Below are positions 52,807 to 63,220 of a stretch of 64,000 nt of DNA, piece by piece (position 1 is the first letter of the stretch; each line of letters opens with the position of its first letter). The notes below the pieces were generated by a model that saw only the letters and a program-made list of their open reading frames with translations, was not told the origin of the DNA and did not search any database. A program made the translations under genes and the position numbers. The stretch is from Candidatus Parcubacteria bacterium. GTDB lineage: Bacteria; Patescibacteriota; Saccharimonadia; Saccharimonadales; Saccharimonadaceae. Location of the stretch: contig JAEYUP010000001.1 in the NCBI GenBank assembly GCA_023432445.1, positions 495,907 to 559,906 on the forward strand. The letters are read 5' to 3'.

Positions 52807-54435
52807 ATGAAAAAACAACGATCTTCTATAGACGGGTTTATCCCTAGGCGACCCGGCAGTGAACTAGGGGAGCTACATGCCCACAAGGACCCTGATGGAG
52901 CTATAAAACCGATCGACCGTACACTTCATACTGGCGATAACGACTCTACTGATATAGTCGGTGTCCCCAGGGCCGGCAAAGAGCTTGGCCGTGACGACAT
53001 TTTTGACTCACTGCGCGACATTGACGAGTCAACTGCCGAGGAGACCAAGAAAGAGCGCCGCCGCCGCAAAAAAGAAGCTAAGATTGCTCGTCCAAAGCGC
53101 AAACTCACTAAGATCATAAAATGGTCGGTGCTTGGCCTGCTGCTCACCGGGCTAATAGTGGCCGGTTACATATTTGTAAAAGGTTATATTGCCGGAAACA
53201 ATGTATTTGAGGGTAATATTTTTGACGTTATCACCAAGAGTGATCCTTTGAAAAAGGATGACAATGGTCGTAGTAACTTTTTGGTGTTTGGAACGGCCGA
53301 AGATGACGAAGGTGGAATGCACGGCGGTGCGAACCTGACTGACTCAATCATGATATTGAGCGTCGATCAGGAGAAAAACGACGCCTACATGATCAGCCTG
53401 CCGCGCGATCTTTGGGTTCAGTATGCGGAGGCTTGTAGCGTTGGCTACCAGGGTCGCATTAACGCTGTTTATTTTTGTGCCTCAAACGACGGCAAAGACG
53501 AGGCGGCTGGGGCCAAAGCTCTAAGCGAAAAGGCTGGTCAGATCACCGGCTTAGATATTCAGTATTATATCCACCTTAACTTTACGGCCGTAGTAGAAGC
53601 GGTTGATGCGGTCGGTGGAGTCGATGTAACCATAGAGAGCAGCGACCCGCGCGGTATCTTAGACCGCAACTTCGACTGGAAGTGTAATTTTACTTGCTTC
53701 TATGTGAACTATAAAAATGGACAAAAAGTCCACCTCGATGGTGAGCACGCCCTTGCCTTAGCGCGGGCTAGAAACGCAGCCGGTGGATATGGCCTACCGA
53801 ACGGAAACTTTGACCGTGAGAAGAATCAACAGATGATCATAAAAGCCTTGCGCGACAAAGCCATGAGCGCCGGGACCCTTACTAATGTCGGTGCAGTCAC
53901 GGGGCTGATAGACGCGCTGGGCAATAACCTTCGTACCAATATTCACGCCAAAGAGATTCGAACATTGATGGACCTTGGCACTAAGATTTCGAACGACAGC
54001 ATAGTGTCGCTGAGCCTGAATGAAGAAGGTAATATGCTGGTTATGACTGCTAACCAAAATGGACAGAGCATTGTTCGCCCAGTGGCTGGACTACTAGATT
54101 ATTCTCAGATCCAAGCCTATGTTAACAAGAATGTCACGAGTGATCCGTTTGTGCGCGAGGACCCACACGTCTCAGTACTAAACGGGTCAGACACCGCAGG
54201 AGTGGCTGGTGTTGAGGCCGATAAGCTTAAGGCGCTCGGTTTTACGGTTGATACAGTCGGTAACGCACCGAGCGGTAGCTACGACCGAGTAGAGGTTTAC
54301 CAGATTAGCGCTGACAAGCCGGCAACCGCCGCTAAGCTACAGCAAATTTATAGTGTTACTATCAAGACGACAGCTCCACCCGCCAGTGTTGTAGGCGAGA
54401 CTGACTTCCTAGTGATCATCGGAAAGGCATCATAA
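52807..54435 (+). CDS. LytR-CpsA-Psr (LCP) family protein with LytR_C domain
   Basis: TM helix. NFLVFGTAEDDE ... LTDSIMILSVD ... ISLPRDLWV LCP core. Start is ATG 52807, or 52792 as in the track. Confidence 0.8.
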   Translation: MKKQRSSIDGFIPRRPGSELGELHAHKDPDGAIKPIDRTLHTGDNDSTDIVGVPRAGKELGRDDIFDSLRDIDESTAEETKKERRRRKKEAKIARPKRKLTKIIKWSVLGLLLTGLIVAGYIFVKGYIAGNNVFEGNIFDVITKSDPLKKDDNGRSNFLVFGTAEDDEGGMHGGANLTDSIMILSVDQEKNDAYMISLPRDLWVQYAEACSVGYQGRINAVYFCASNDGKDEAAGAKALSEKAGQITGLDIQYYIHLNFTAVVEAVDAVGGVDVTIESSDPRGILDRNFDWKCNFTCFYVNYKNGQKVHLDGEHALALARARNAAGGYGLPNGNFDREKNQQMIIKALRDKAMSAGTLTNVGAVTGLIDALGNNLRTNIHAKEIRTLMDLGTKISNDSIVSLSLNEEGNMLVMTANQNGQSIVRPVAGLLDYSQIQAYVNKNVTSDPFVREDPHVSVLNGSDTAGVAGVEADKLKALGFTVDTVGNAPSGSYDRVEVYQISADKPATAAKLQQIYSVTIKTTAPPASVVGETDFLVIIGKAS

Positions 54436-55241
54436 TGGAGTTTCTAAAATCAGTTCGGCGCCGACGCTCACTACTTAGCGAAGTTATATACATGGGGTTA
54501 AACGTCGCCCTGGCGGTAGGCGTAGCTTTGATTATTTTCTACACTGGCTCTATCTGGATGGCTATCACGTTGGTGGTGCTCAGTAAGTGGCGTGTTTTTG
54601 CGGTCCGTCCTCGCTATTGGTGGGTTAACTTACAGTCAAACCTGGTCGACTTTATTGTCAGCATAAGCGTAGCCGTGCACCTTATGATAGTAAATGAAGC
54701 TGCCCTGGGCGGGTCTTACAAGCTTCTGCTAATGGCTTTATTGACACTACTTTACATAGCTTGGCTACTTTACCTCAAACCGCGGTCAGCCCGTCATATG
54801 GTATCGATTCAGGCAGGTGCGGCTATATTATTTGGTAGCTCGGCCTTGTTTGCCGTTTCCTACGCTTGGCCAGTGTCGGTGGTGGTCTTGTTCATGTGGC
54901 TGATAGGCTACGTGGCCGCTCGCCATACTTTAACTGCATTTGATGATGAGACGCATGCTTTCTTTTTGAGCTTGGCCTGGGGGTTGGTATTTGCAGAGTT
55001 CGGCTGGGTGGCTTACCACTGGACGGTCGCTTACTCTATACCGGTTTTCACAAGTGTTCAGATGCCACAAATATCAATTATCATGACCTTAATCGGCTTC
55101 GTGTCTTATAAAGTCTACGACTCTTTCTACCGTAACGACGGCAAAGTCCGGTCTAACGACGTAGTGCTGCCGCTACTACTAACACTTAGTATCATCGGAT
55201 TATTGCTACTTTTGTTTAACCGTGTCGGAACGGCTATCTAA
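54435..55241 (+). CDS. Hypothetical polytopic membrane protein
   Basis: 268 aa with about 8 hydrophobic segments. The start overlaps the LCP gene stop. Confidence 0.55.
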   Translation: MEFLKSVRRRRSLLSEVIYMGLNVALAVGVALIIFYTGSIWMAITLVVLSKWRVFAVRPRYWWVNLQSNLVDFIVSISVAVHLMIVNEAALGGSYKLLLMALLTLLYIAWLLYLKPRSARHMVSIQAGAAILFGSSALFAVSYAWPVSVVVLFMWLIGYVAARHTLTAFDDETHAFFLSLAWGLVFAEFGWVAYHWTVAYSIPVFTSVQMPQISIIMTLIGFVSYKVYDSFYRNDGKVRSNDVVLPLLLTLSIIGLLLLLFNRVGTAI

Positions 55242-56124
55242 GCTTTTCGAACAGCAGGCCATAACCCTCGTTTTTAGCTAGTATTAACCCCTCGTTGGCC
55301 GCCTCTTTGACTATGGCGCCGTGTTGTTCGGGGTCGGCTTCCAAAATCAGATAACCACCTTGCATGAGCTTGATTCTAGTTTGTTTGATGAGTTGTTTTA
55401 TCAAGGCCAGCCCATTATCGTCGGCAAATAGGGCTGCTGCTGGCTCATGGTCTGTTTCGGGCGATCTTTCCCATGATTTATCAACGTAAGGTAAGTTGGC
55501 GATAATGACATTAGCCACATGAGGATAATTTTCTAGCAAGTCGCTTTCAATTAGGGATACGTCGGCCTTAAGTGCCTCGGAATTTTTTTCGGCGACAGCT
55601 AGGGCGTAGCGGTCGTTATCAAGTAGGGTAACTTCGCTGGACGGCGATATAAGTTTTATGACAATGCCGAGAGAGCCACTGCCGGTGCCGACGTCGACTA
55701 CACGGTAGGGTGTCTCTGGACTGGGGTTGGTGGGAACGGCTATTGACTTAAACAAGTCTATTAATACCTCTGATTCTGGTCTAGGTATCAAGGTGGCGGT
55801 AGTCACTTTGAACTGATAGCCGTAAAACTCTTTATGACCGACGATATAGGCGACTGGTACGCGGTCAAGACGGAGGTCGATCCGGGCTCTAGCTATATCG
55901 ACAGTGCGTGAATCGAGAATGTCATCAGAGTGGGCGTGAAGCCAGGTTCGCGACTGCCGCAGGGTGTGTGCCAATAAAACCTCAGCGTCGAGTTTTGCGG
56001 ACGGTATGCCAGCAGCAGCTAGCTGTTCTGAGGCCCAGACCAACCAGTCGTTAATCGTTGGTTGTGAGGGAGAGTTCTCGTTCATAAGCCTGTAGATGCT
56101 CCACAAGGTCATCGATCTGACCAT
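55234..56124 (-). CDS. prmC: Release-factor glutamine N5-methyltransferase PrmC/HemK
   Basis: [14 protein letters not shown] motif. IIANLPYV (NPPY variant). The start is uncertain (56124, 56112 or 56085) and overlaps the prfA 3' end. Confidence 0.85.
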   Translation of the reverse strand: MVRSMTLWSIYRLMNENSPSQPTINDWLVWASEQLAAAGIPSAKLDAEVLLAHTLRQSRTWLHAHSDDILDSRTVDIARARIDLRLDRVPVAYIVGHKEFYGYQFKVTTATLIPRPESEVLIDLFKSIAVPTNPSPETPYRVVDVGTGSGSLGIVIKLISPSSEVTLLDNDRYALAVAEKNSEALKADVSLIESDLLENYPHVANVIIANLPYVDKSWERSPETDHEPAAALFADDNGLALIKQLIKQTRIKLMQGGYLILEADPEQHGAIVKEAANEGLILAKNEGYGLLFEKLR

Positions 56125-57118
56125 TCATTGCGCCAGGTATTCCAGAGCGGCTGTAGCCGATGCGGTGGTCGGTTATCCGGTCTTGCGGGAAGTTATAAGT
56201 ACGGATTTTTTCGGAGCGGTCACCTGAGCCTATCAGCGAACGACGCTCGGCGGTTAGCTTGGCGTTTTCTTGGTCGATTTTCTGCTGGAGAAGTCGGGCT
56301 CGTAGGACGCTCATAGCTTTTTCCTTGTTTTTAATCTGAGATTTTTCGTCTTGGTTGGTGACGACGAGACCAGAGGGTAGGTGGGTGATACGGACAGCTG
56401 AGTCGGTGGTGTTGACAGACTGACCACCATGTCCGCCGGCGCGATACACGTCTATCTTGAGGTCGTTTGGATTAATCTCGATGTCTGTTTCCTCGGCCTC
56501 GGGCAGGACAGCTACGGTAACTGTGCTGGTATGGATGCGTCCTTGGGATTCGGTCGCCGGGACTCGTTGGACACGGTGTACCCCCGACTCGAACTTGAGC
56601 TTAGCATACGGACTGTCGCCCTTAATGCCAAAAATAACTTCTTTGTAGCCGCCTGTGTCGTTAGCGCTTTCGCTGATAAGTTCGGTTTTCAAGCCGTGTG
56701 ACTCACAGTAGCGCAGGTACATTCGGTACAGCTCGGCCGCAAACAAGCTGGCTTCGTCACCACCTGCACCTGCCCGGATTTCTATAATAATGTTCTTATC
56801 ATCGTTGGGATCTTTTGGCGCCAATAGTGAAAATAGTTCGGCTTCAAGTGACTCCAGCTGATTTTCGGCCTCGGCCACCTCTAGCTTGGCTAGTTCCGCT
56901 AGGTCATCTCCGCCTTGGGACAGCTCTTTGGCCTCTAATAGATGGGCTTCAAGAGTCTCGCGCAGGCTGGCTTTTTCTATAAGAGTCTGAAGTTCCATAA
57001 GACGTTTATTTTTCTTTGAAAAATCAGGGTCGCTGTAGGCGTCAGGGCGAGCAAGAAAATCGTCGAGCTGTTTTTTCTCGGCTTTTAGTTCGTTGACATT
57101 GATCGCAATTTTTGGCAT
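56051..57118 (-). CDS. prfA: Peptide chain release factor 1
   Basis: PAT tripeptide ([10 protein letters not shown]), [11 protein letters not shown] (GGQ). Confidence 0.95.
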   Translation of the reverse strand: MPKIAINVNELKAEKKQLDDFLARPDAYSDPDFSKKNKRLMELQTLIEKASLRETLEAHLLEAKELSQGGDDLAELAKLEVAEAENQLESLEAELFSLLAPKDPNDDKNIIIEIRAGAGGDEASLFAAELYRMYLRYCESHGLKTELISESANDTGGYKEVIFGIKGDSPYAKLKFESGVHRVQRVPATESQGRIHTSTVTVAVLPEAEETDIEINPNDLKIDVYRAGGHGGQSVNTTDSAVRITHLPSGLVVTNQDEKSQIKNKEKAMSVLRARLLQQKIDQENAKLTAERRSLIGSGDRSEKIRTYNFPQDRITDHRIGYSRSGIPGAMNGQIDDLVEHLQAYERELSLTTND

Positions 57119-57147
57119 AAACTCCCTTTATCTATTATTGTAACAAA

Positions 57148-57177
57148 AAAGAACCTACTTTAAGAGGTAGGTTCTTT
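57148..57177 (-). terminator. Intrinsic terminator after rpmE (minus strand)
   Basis: AAAGAACCTAC-(8-nt loop)-GTAGGTTCTTT with a T6 run on the minus strand. A TGtTACAAT promoter for prfA follows (57137-57145, minus). Confidence 0.7.
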
Positions 57178-57188
57178 ATAAGGCGAAG

Positions 57189-57515
57189 CTATTTGTCAGA
57201 AGTGGTCTTTTTTGCTTTGTTAGCGGCTGATTTCTTGGCCTTGTTAGCGAGCTCTTCTTTGCGTGCTTCGGCGGCTGCGGCGCGGTTCTTAAAGCGGTCA
57301 ACGCGACCTTCGGTGTCGATAATCTTTTCTTCACCGGTAAAGAACGGGTGAGAGGCGCTTGAGATGTGCACCTTAATAAGTGGATATTCGTTGCCGTCTT
57401 CCCATTTAATGGTGTCGTTTGACTGGGCAGTCGATTGCGTTAGGAACGCAAAACCAGCCACTTCGTCGCTAAATACGACAGGGCGGTAGTCGGTTGGGTG
57501 TAGGTTGCTTTTCAT
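57189..57515 (-). CDS. rpmE: 50S ribosomal protein L31, type B (no CxxC), Lys/Ala-rich C-terminal extension
   Basis: [15 protein letters not shown] ... SHPFFTG ... DTEGRVDRF. Start set at ATG 57515. Confidence 0.85.
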   Translation of the reverse strand: MKSNLHPTDYRPVVFSDEVAGFAFLTQSTAQSNDTIKWEDGNEYPLIKVHISSASHPFFTGEEKIIDTEGRVDRFKNRAAAAEARKEELANKAKKSAANKAKKTTSDK

Positions 57516-57596
57516 AATCCGAACTATTGTATCTGTTTTTTGTTCATTTGTCCAGACCTTTGTCTCTGTAAAAAAGAGCGTATAATAAAAGTACAT

Positions 57597-58190
57597 ATGA
57601 AATCTCGTCTAAGATCAGCAAAGGTAATGGGTATAGTGCTGGCAGTATTGGCAGCTGTTGGGCTGTTAGCGTCGTTTACGTTGCTCCACGAAACACTTGA
57701 GGTTGCAAAGAGTCCGACTTACGAACCATCCTGTAACATCAATCCGCTAATAAGTTGTTCATCGGTTATGTCGCGACCTGAGTCGGAGGTTCTTGGATTG
57801 CCATTTGCCGCTTTTGGAGTAGCGGCCTTTAGTGCACTATTGACCTTCGCGGTATTGCTGGCGGCTGGTTCAAAGTTTGCGCCTTGGGTGTGGAAGGCGG
57901 CGCTGCTAGCTAGTCTCGGTGGTATGGCGGCTATCATCTGGATGATCGTGTTAAGTTTGGTATCATTCGGCACTATTTGCCCGTGGTGTTTCGTGACCTG
58001 GCTTACAACCATCGGGATTTTTTGGACACTAGTCAGTTACGTCGGGGCCGCTCGTCCTATCAAATTGCCGAAGTCATGCGATGCTTCAGCCAAACTATGG
58101 GTTAAATTTGCACCGATGATTTTGGCGGCAATGTTTGTAGCGTTGCTGTTCATCATCTTCTTGAGGTTTAACGAGGCACTGCTCGGATGA
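57597..58190 (+). CDS. Vitamin K epoxide reductase (VKOR)-family membrane protein
   Basis: Loop cysteine pair [14 protein letters not shown], in-membrane CPWC, 4-5 TM helices. Start set at ATG 57597, 10 nt after TATAAT. Confidence 0.7.
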   Translation: MKSRLRSAKVMGIVLAVLAAVGLLASFTLLHETLEVAKSPTYEPSCNINPLISCSSVMSRPESEVLGLPFAAFGVAAFSALLTFAVLLAAGSKFAPWVWKAALLASLGGMAAIIWMIVLSLVSFGTICPWCFVTWLTTIGIFWTLVSYVGAARPIKLPKSCDASAKLWVKFAPMILAAMFVALLFIIFLRFNEALLG

Positions 58191-59302
58191 TCTTAGCCAG
58201 GCCGTCGGTCGTTATATATAAACATGTCGTCAGGCCAGTTATGTTTAAGTTTCACCCAGACCGCGCCCACCACGGCGTCACGACACTTTTGCACGTCTCG
58301 GGGAGGGTTCCTGGAGTTCCTGCTGTTACGCGCCTGGTTCTTAATCGTCGTCATAAAGAGCTCGAAATCGACTGGAAGGGGATGCACTTCTCGTCACCAG
58401 TTGGCTTGTCGGCAGGGCTTGATAAGAACGGACGGCTAGTTCCAATGGTGAAAGCTCTCGGATTTGGTTTTACTGAGGTAGGTTCGGTAACCGCTGAACC
58501 TTGCGCCGGCAATGAAAAGCCATGGTTTTATCGACTACCAAAAACCGGTTCGCTAGTGGTTCACGTTGGACTTGCCAACGTCGGAGTGAAGCGCGTACTA
58601 GAGCGGATGCACGCTTTGCCGTTAAGACTGCAAAAAGATTTTCCAAAGATTTTATCGGTTGCTCGAACCAATAGCCAAGAAGCATCTGGCGTCGAAGAGG
58701 GCGTTGCTGACTTTGTCGCGAGTGTTAAGGCGGCCAAGAAATCACCGGCAATCCAGGCGGTCGAGATAAATATTTCCTGCCCGAATGCTTTCTGTGGCCA
58801 GGCATTTACGGATCCTGAGTTGTTCGAGAAATTAATGGTTGCTATTGATGCCGTGAAATTTAAGAAACCGATTTTTATTAAACTACCGATCGACCAGCCA
58901 TGGAAAGAAACGAAGAAGATTCTCGACGCGGCTGTAGCGCATGGTGTAACTGGGGTAACGGTAGCTAATTTGACCAAAGACCGGTCGAAGCTAGATCTTA
59001 AAGATGAATTGCCAGATCACGTACAGGGAAGCTTCAGCGGAGCGCCGGTTCGGGCGCAGAGCACCGACTTGGTGCGCAAGATCTATAAGTCTTACGGCAA
59101 AGATTTGGTGATTATCGGGGTCGGTGGAGTGATGTCTGCCCAAGATGCCTACGACAAAATCAAAGCTGGCGCCACATTCGTCGAACTTATAACAGGCCTC
59201 ATAATGCGTGGACCGTTCATCGAAGAAGTTAACAGTGGCCTCGTCAAGCTTTTGAAAGCTGACGGCTATTCTCATATTTCACAAGCTGTTGGCAAGGGAT
59301 AG
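58187..59302 (+). CDS. pyrD: Dihydroorotate dehydrogenase-like flavoenzyme (class-2-like scaffold, Cys at catalytic-base position)
   Basis: N-terminal Y..V.RP..F...PDRAH domain, GLSAGLDKNG, GNEKPWFYRL, NISCPNA, PIFIKLP, VIIGVGGV ... GATFVELITGLI. ATGA overlap with the VKOR stop. Confidence 0.7.
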   Translation: MILARPSVVIYKHVVRPVMFKFHPDRAHHGVTTLLHVSGRVPGVPAVTRLVLNRRHKELEIDWKGMHFSSPVGLSAGLDKNGRLVPMVKALGFGFTEVGSVTAEPCAGNEKPWFYRLPKTGSLVVHVGLANVGVKRVLERMHALPLRLQKDFPKILSVARTNSQEASGVEEGVADFVASVKAAKKSPAIQAVEINISCPNAFCGQAFTDPELFEKLMVAIDAVKFKKPIFIKLPIDQPWKETKKILDAAVAHGVTGVTVANLTKDRSKLDLKDELPDHVQGSFSGAPVRAQSTDLVRKIYKSYGKDLVIIGVGGVMSAQDAYDKIKAGATFVELITGLIMRGPFIEEVNSGLVKLLKADGYSHISQAVGKG

Positions 59303-59315
59303 CCGGAAACTGCCC

Positions 59316-59345
59316 TTGACCATCACCTCTGTTACATGATATAAT
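59316..59345 (+). promoter_or_regulatory. Promoter of the rpsB-tsf operon
   Basis: TTGACC (59316-21), 18-nt spacer, TGaTATAAT (-10 at 59340-45). About 85-nt structured leader (CCTTTCGC ... GCGAGAGG helix enclosing a CCTG-TAAAA-CAGG hairpin) before the AAGGAG SD. Confidence 0.7.
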
Positions 59346-59432
59346 CAGTCGGTAACATTTTTATAAACGACACAGCCTTTCGCATAACTCCTGTAAAACA
59401 GGGCGAGAGGTGAGGAAAAAGGAGTTCACACT

Positions 59433-60152
59433 ATGGCAGTTACTGTCGATATTAAGGCATTGCTCGAAGCCGGTGTTCATTTTGGACACAAAACGAGCCG
59501 TTGGCACCCAAAGATGGCGCCATACATTCATTCAAAGCGTCAAGATAGCCACATAATTGACCTGACTAAGACGGTTGAGGCCCTAAACGTCGCACTACCG
59601 TTCTTGACAAGCGTGGCGGCGGCCGGAAAGCCGGTGCTTTTTGTGGCAACCAAAAAACAGACCAAGGAAATCGTTCGCAAAACAGCTGAGACGCTTGGTC
59701 AGCCATATGTAACCGAGCGTTGGCTCGGTGGTACGTTGACTAACGTCGCGACTATCACGGCACAGATCAAGAAGCTTCAGGACTTAGAGCGTCGTATGGC
59801 GTCTGGCGACTTTGAAAAGCGTTTCAACAAGCTTGAGATCCAGCGATTCCAAGAAGAAATTGATGAATTAAACGGCAAATACGGCGGCGTTAAAGACCTA
59901 GCCGGCAAGCCTGGCGCTTTGTTCCTGGTTGACGTTAACGGCGACCTAAACGCTATCCGCGAAGCTAAAACTCTTGGTGTGCCTGTGGTGGCGATTGTCG
60001 ACACGAACGCTGACCCAAGCCTCGTCGATTATGCTATCCCAGGTAACGACGACGCCATTAAGGGTGTTGAACTTTTCCTCGATTACGTAGCTCAGGCTAT
60101 TGCTGAAGGAAAGGGCGTGACAAAGAAAGAAAAGGGTGAGGAGGAAAAATAA
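59433..60152 (+). CDS. rpsB: 30S ribosomal protein S2
   Basis: LLEAGVHFGHKTSRWHPKM, ERWLGGTLTN, VDTNADPS. Confidence 0.95.
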   Translation: MAVTVDIKALLEAGVHFGHKTSRWHPKMAPYIHSKRQDSHIIDLTKTVEALNVALPFLTSVAAAGKPVLFVATKKQTKEIVRKTAETLGQPYVTERWLGGTLTNVATITAQIKKLQDLERRMASGDFEKRFNKLEIQRFQEEIDELNGKYGGVKDLAGKPGALFLVDVNGDLNAIREAKTLGVPVVAIVDTNADPSLVDYAIPGNDDAIKGVELFLDYVAQAIAEGKGVTKKEKGEEEK

Positions 60153-60748
60153 TGGCAGTTTCAATCGAAGACATCAAGAAGCTTAAAGAATTGACTGGGG
60201 TCGGACTTGGTGACGCCAAGGCGGCTCTTGTTGAGGCTGACGGTGATTTTGACAAGGCTCTTGAAGAGATGCGCAAGAAGGGTCTGACAAAAGCGGAGAA
60301 AAAAGCTGACCGCGAAGCCCGAGAAGGCGTTATCGACAGCTATGTTCACGGTGGCCGTATCGGCGTGCTGGTCGAAGTAAACTGCGAAACTGACTTTGTT
60401 GCTCGTACCGATGGTTTTAAAGAGTTCGCTCACATGATCGCCCTGCAAGTGGCTTCAATGTCGCCAGAGTATGTTTCTGAAGCTGACATCCCAGCTGAGG
60501 AGATCGAGCGTGTTCGTAGCGAGGCGCTTGCTAGCGACACCTTGAAGAGTAAGCCAGCTGAAATGGCTGAGAAAATCGTTGAAGGTCAGGTTAAGAAGCA
60601 TTTTGCTGAAAAAGTTTTGCTTAACCAGACATACATCATGGACGACTCGCAGACTGTTGAGCAGTTCCTCAAAGAGAACATCGCCAAGACTGGTGAGAAC
60701 ATCATCATTCGTCGTTTCAAGCGCATCGAGCTTGGCGTCAACGACTAG
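60152..60748 (+). CDS. tsf: Elongation factor Ts (short form)
   Basis: IKKLKELTGVGLGDAKAALVEADGDFDKALEEMRKKG UBA-like N-terminus. VEVNCETDFVART. Confidence 0.9.
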   Translation: MAVSIEDIKKLKELTGVGLGDAKAALVEADGDFDKALEEMRKKGLTKAEKKADREAREGVIDSYVHGGRIGVLVEVNCETDFVARTDGFKEFAHMIALQVASMSPEYVSEADIPAEEIERVRSEALASDTLKSKPAEMAEKIVEGQVKKHFAEKVLLNQTYIMDDSQTVEQFLKENIAKTGENIIIRRFKRIELGVND

Positions 60749-60833
60749 TTTGACCAGAAAACACTCTTTTATCGCTTCATAAGCGAGAGAGTGCTTTCTG
60801 CTATAATCAATATAGTTAAAGAAAGAGAGAGCT

Positions 60834-61388
60834 ATGTTTGACACTGGGCCATTTGAAGAGAAGTTTAACCATGCAGTGGTGCATTTTGGCGAAGAGCTAA
60901 AGAAGGTTCGTACAGGCCGCGCCCATCCTTCGATGCTTGATAGTGTTCACGTTGAGGCTTATGGACAGCGGATGCCGCTGAACCAGGTCGCAAATGTGAC
61001 CGTACCAGAGGCGCAGCTTTTGACCGTGACGCCGTTTGACCCAAGCAATATTCAAACCATCGTGGCTGCCATTCGCCAGGACCAAACCCTAGGGCTGAAC
61101 CCGAGCGATGATGGACGCGTTATTCGCGTACCGGTACCGCCACTTACAGAGGAGCGCCGCAAGCAAATCGTTAAACAAACTTCTGAAAAAGTTGAAGAGG
61201 CACGAATTGTGCTACGCAACGTTCGTCAGGATGCGCTGAAAGAAGCTAAGAGGCTCAAAGACGCCAAAGAGCTTTCCGAGGACGACTTTAAGCGAGCAGA
61301 AAAGTCAATTGATGATCTTATGACAGCGCAAAATGCTAAACTTGATGGGCTTTTCAAGGACAAAGAGAAAGAGATTTTGACACTCTAA
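60834..61388 (+). CDS. frr: Ribosome recycling factor
   Basis: ELKKVRTGRAHPSMLD, IRVPVPPLTEERRK. TGcTATAAT promoter at 60799-60807. Confidence 0.95.
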   Translation: MFDTGPFEEKFNHAVVHFGEELKKVRTGRAHPSMLDSVHVEAYGQRMPLNQVANVTVPEAQLLTVTPFDPSNIQTIVAAIRQDQTLGLNPSDDGRVIRVPVPPLTEERRKQIVKQTSEKVEEARIVLRNVRQDALKEAKRLKDAKELSEDDFKRAEKSIDDLMTAQNAKLDGLFKDKEKEILTL

Positions 61389-62086
61389 TGGCTGATGATG
61401 CGCCGATAGTGCCAAAGCACGTGGGTTATATTGTCGATGGTAATCGACGATGGGCTAAAAAACACGGCTTACCGAACTATGAGGGTCATCTGGCGGGTTA
61501 TAATGCTCTCAAGCAGGTCGGGTTAGCGACGCTAGAGGCTGGCGTTCAATATATGTCCGCCTATGCATTTTCAACCGAAAACTGGAAGCGTAGCGCTGAT
61601 GAGGTTTCTAAACTCATGGGACTGACATTGCGAGTCCTTAGCTCTGATGTTCCTGAATTTAATAAACACAATGTTCGACTGCGTGTGATAGGCTCGCGCG
61701 ATGGTCTAGACGACAAGATTATTAAGGCGATTGAAAAGGCCGAAGAGGCGACAGCTGGAAATACCGGCGGCGTATTTGCGCTTTGTTTTAATTATGGCGG
61801 ACAGTCCGAAATTGTCGAATCGGTTAAAAAAGTTATTCAATCAGGGGTTTCGGCCGACGATGTGACAGAAGAGCTCATAGCTGAAAATCTTTATGCCCCA
61901 GAGATACCACCAGTCGACGTGATCGTCCGCACTAGTGGTGAGCAGCGTATCAGCAATTTTATGTTGTGGCGCTCGGCTTATAGTGAGCTAATTTTTATAA
62001 AGAAGATGTGGCCCGATATGACAAAAGATGATGTGGACGCTATAATCAAAGAATACGCGCGACGACAACGTCGCTTTGGAGGGTAG
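61388..62086 (+). CDS. uppS: Isoprenyl transferase (undecaprenyl-diphosphate synthase)
   Basis: HVGYIVDGNRRWAKK, YAFSTENWKR, RTSGEQRISNFMLW. Confidence 0.9.
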   Translation: MADDAPIVPKHVGYIVDGNRRWAKKHGLPNYEGHLAGYNALKQVGLATLEAGVQYMSAYAFSTENWKRSADEVSKLMGLTLRVLSSDVPEFNKHNVRLRVIGSRDGLDDKIIKAIEKAEEATAGNTGGVFALCFNYGGQSEIVESVKKVIQSGVSADDVTEELIAENLYAPEIPPVDVIVRTSGEQRISNFMLWRSAYSELIFIKKMWPDMTKDDVDAIIKEYARRQRRFGG

Positions 62087-63220
62087 ATGCTGATATTTGG
62101 AATAATAGTTGGGCTAGTAGTTCTGGTAGCTCTGGTAGTTGTTCATGAACTTGGTCACGCTATAGTTGCTAGGCGCAATGGTGTAGTAGTAGAAGAGTTT
62201 GGCATTGGTTTCCCGCCTCGAGCCTGGAAGAAAAAGCTAAAGAACGGCGTGCTGTTGACGTTGAATTGGTTGCCTCTGGGTGGCTTTGTTAAGCTCCAGG
62301 GCGAGCACGACTCCGCCAAGAAAAAGGGCGATTATGGCGCAGCTACATTTTGGGTTAAAACCAAGATTTTGTTCGCTGGAGTAGTGATGAACTGGGCTAT
62401 GGCCGTGATTCTTTTGACTATCGTGTCACTGGTTGGTCTGCCAAAGCTCATTCCGAACCAATTTTCCGTTGCCTCTGACGCCACTGTCGTTCGAGCGCCT
62501 GTCACCTTAGGGTCGTTAGAGTCTGGCTACCCGGCCGAGAAAAGTGGCCTACAAGCTGGCGACGAAGTAACGGCCGTTTCAGGCGAACCGGTCAGTACGG
62601 TCGAGCATTTCATCGAACTTACCCGACAGAACCGAGGACAAGATATCACCGTTGACTATACGAGAGCCGGTGAGACTAAGTCGGTTGAGGTATCTTTACG
62701 CGACACAGAGACTGCCGTCTTTGGGGCGACGCTTCTACAAAGTGAATCCATTAGGTCTACTTGGTCGGCGCCACTTGTGGGTGTAGTGACCACCGCGCAG
62801 TATACCTGGGCCACCATGCAAGGCATCTGGCAACTTGGTAGCGACTTCTTTGCTGGACTTTTTGGTCAACTGAGTACAGATCAGGCAGTGCGCGACCAGG
62901 CCAAAGACCAACTGGACCGAGCGGGTGCTAGCGTCGCTGGACCGGTCGGAATATTAGGCGTGATCTTTCCAGCGGCCAGCGAAGCCGGGCCGATACAGGT
63001 GATTTTTCTAGCTGCCATAGTATCGCTTACCCTGGCGGTTATGAATGCATTGCCGATACCGGCGCTAGATGGTGGACGATGGTTTGTAACAATGTTGTTT
63101 AGGCTGTTAAAGAAACCGCTAAGTAAATCGCGTGAAGAGAACATTCACGGGACAGGGTTCCTGCTACTTATGGTATTAATAGTATTAGTTACAATAGCCG
63201 ATGTCACAAAGCTTCTCTGA
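62087..63220 (+). CDS. rseP: RIP metalloprotease RseP (M50 site-2 protease) with PDZ domain
   Basis: VVHELGHAIVA (HExxH in TM1), a PDZ-like segment, NALPIPALDGG. Confidence 0.85.
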   Translation: MLIFGIIVGLVVLVALVVVHELGHAIVARRNGVVVEEFGIGFPPRAWKKKLKNGVLLTLNWLPLGGFVKLQGEHDSAKKKGDYGAATFWVKTKILFAGVVMNWAMAVILLTIVSLVGLPKLIPNQFSVASDATVVRAPVTLGSLESGYPAEKSGLQAGDEVTAVSGEPVSTVEHFIELTRQNRGQDITVDYTRAGETKSVEVSLRDTETAVFGATLLQSESIRSTWSAPLVGVVTTAQYTWATMQGIWQLGSDFFAGLFGQLSTDQAVRDQAKDQLDRAGASVAGPVGILGVIFPAASEAGPIQVIFLAAIVSLTLAVMNALPIPALDGGRWFVTMLFRLLKKPLSKSREENIHGTGFLLLMVLIVLVTIADVTKLL

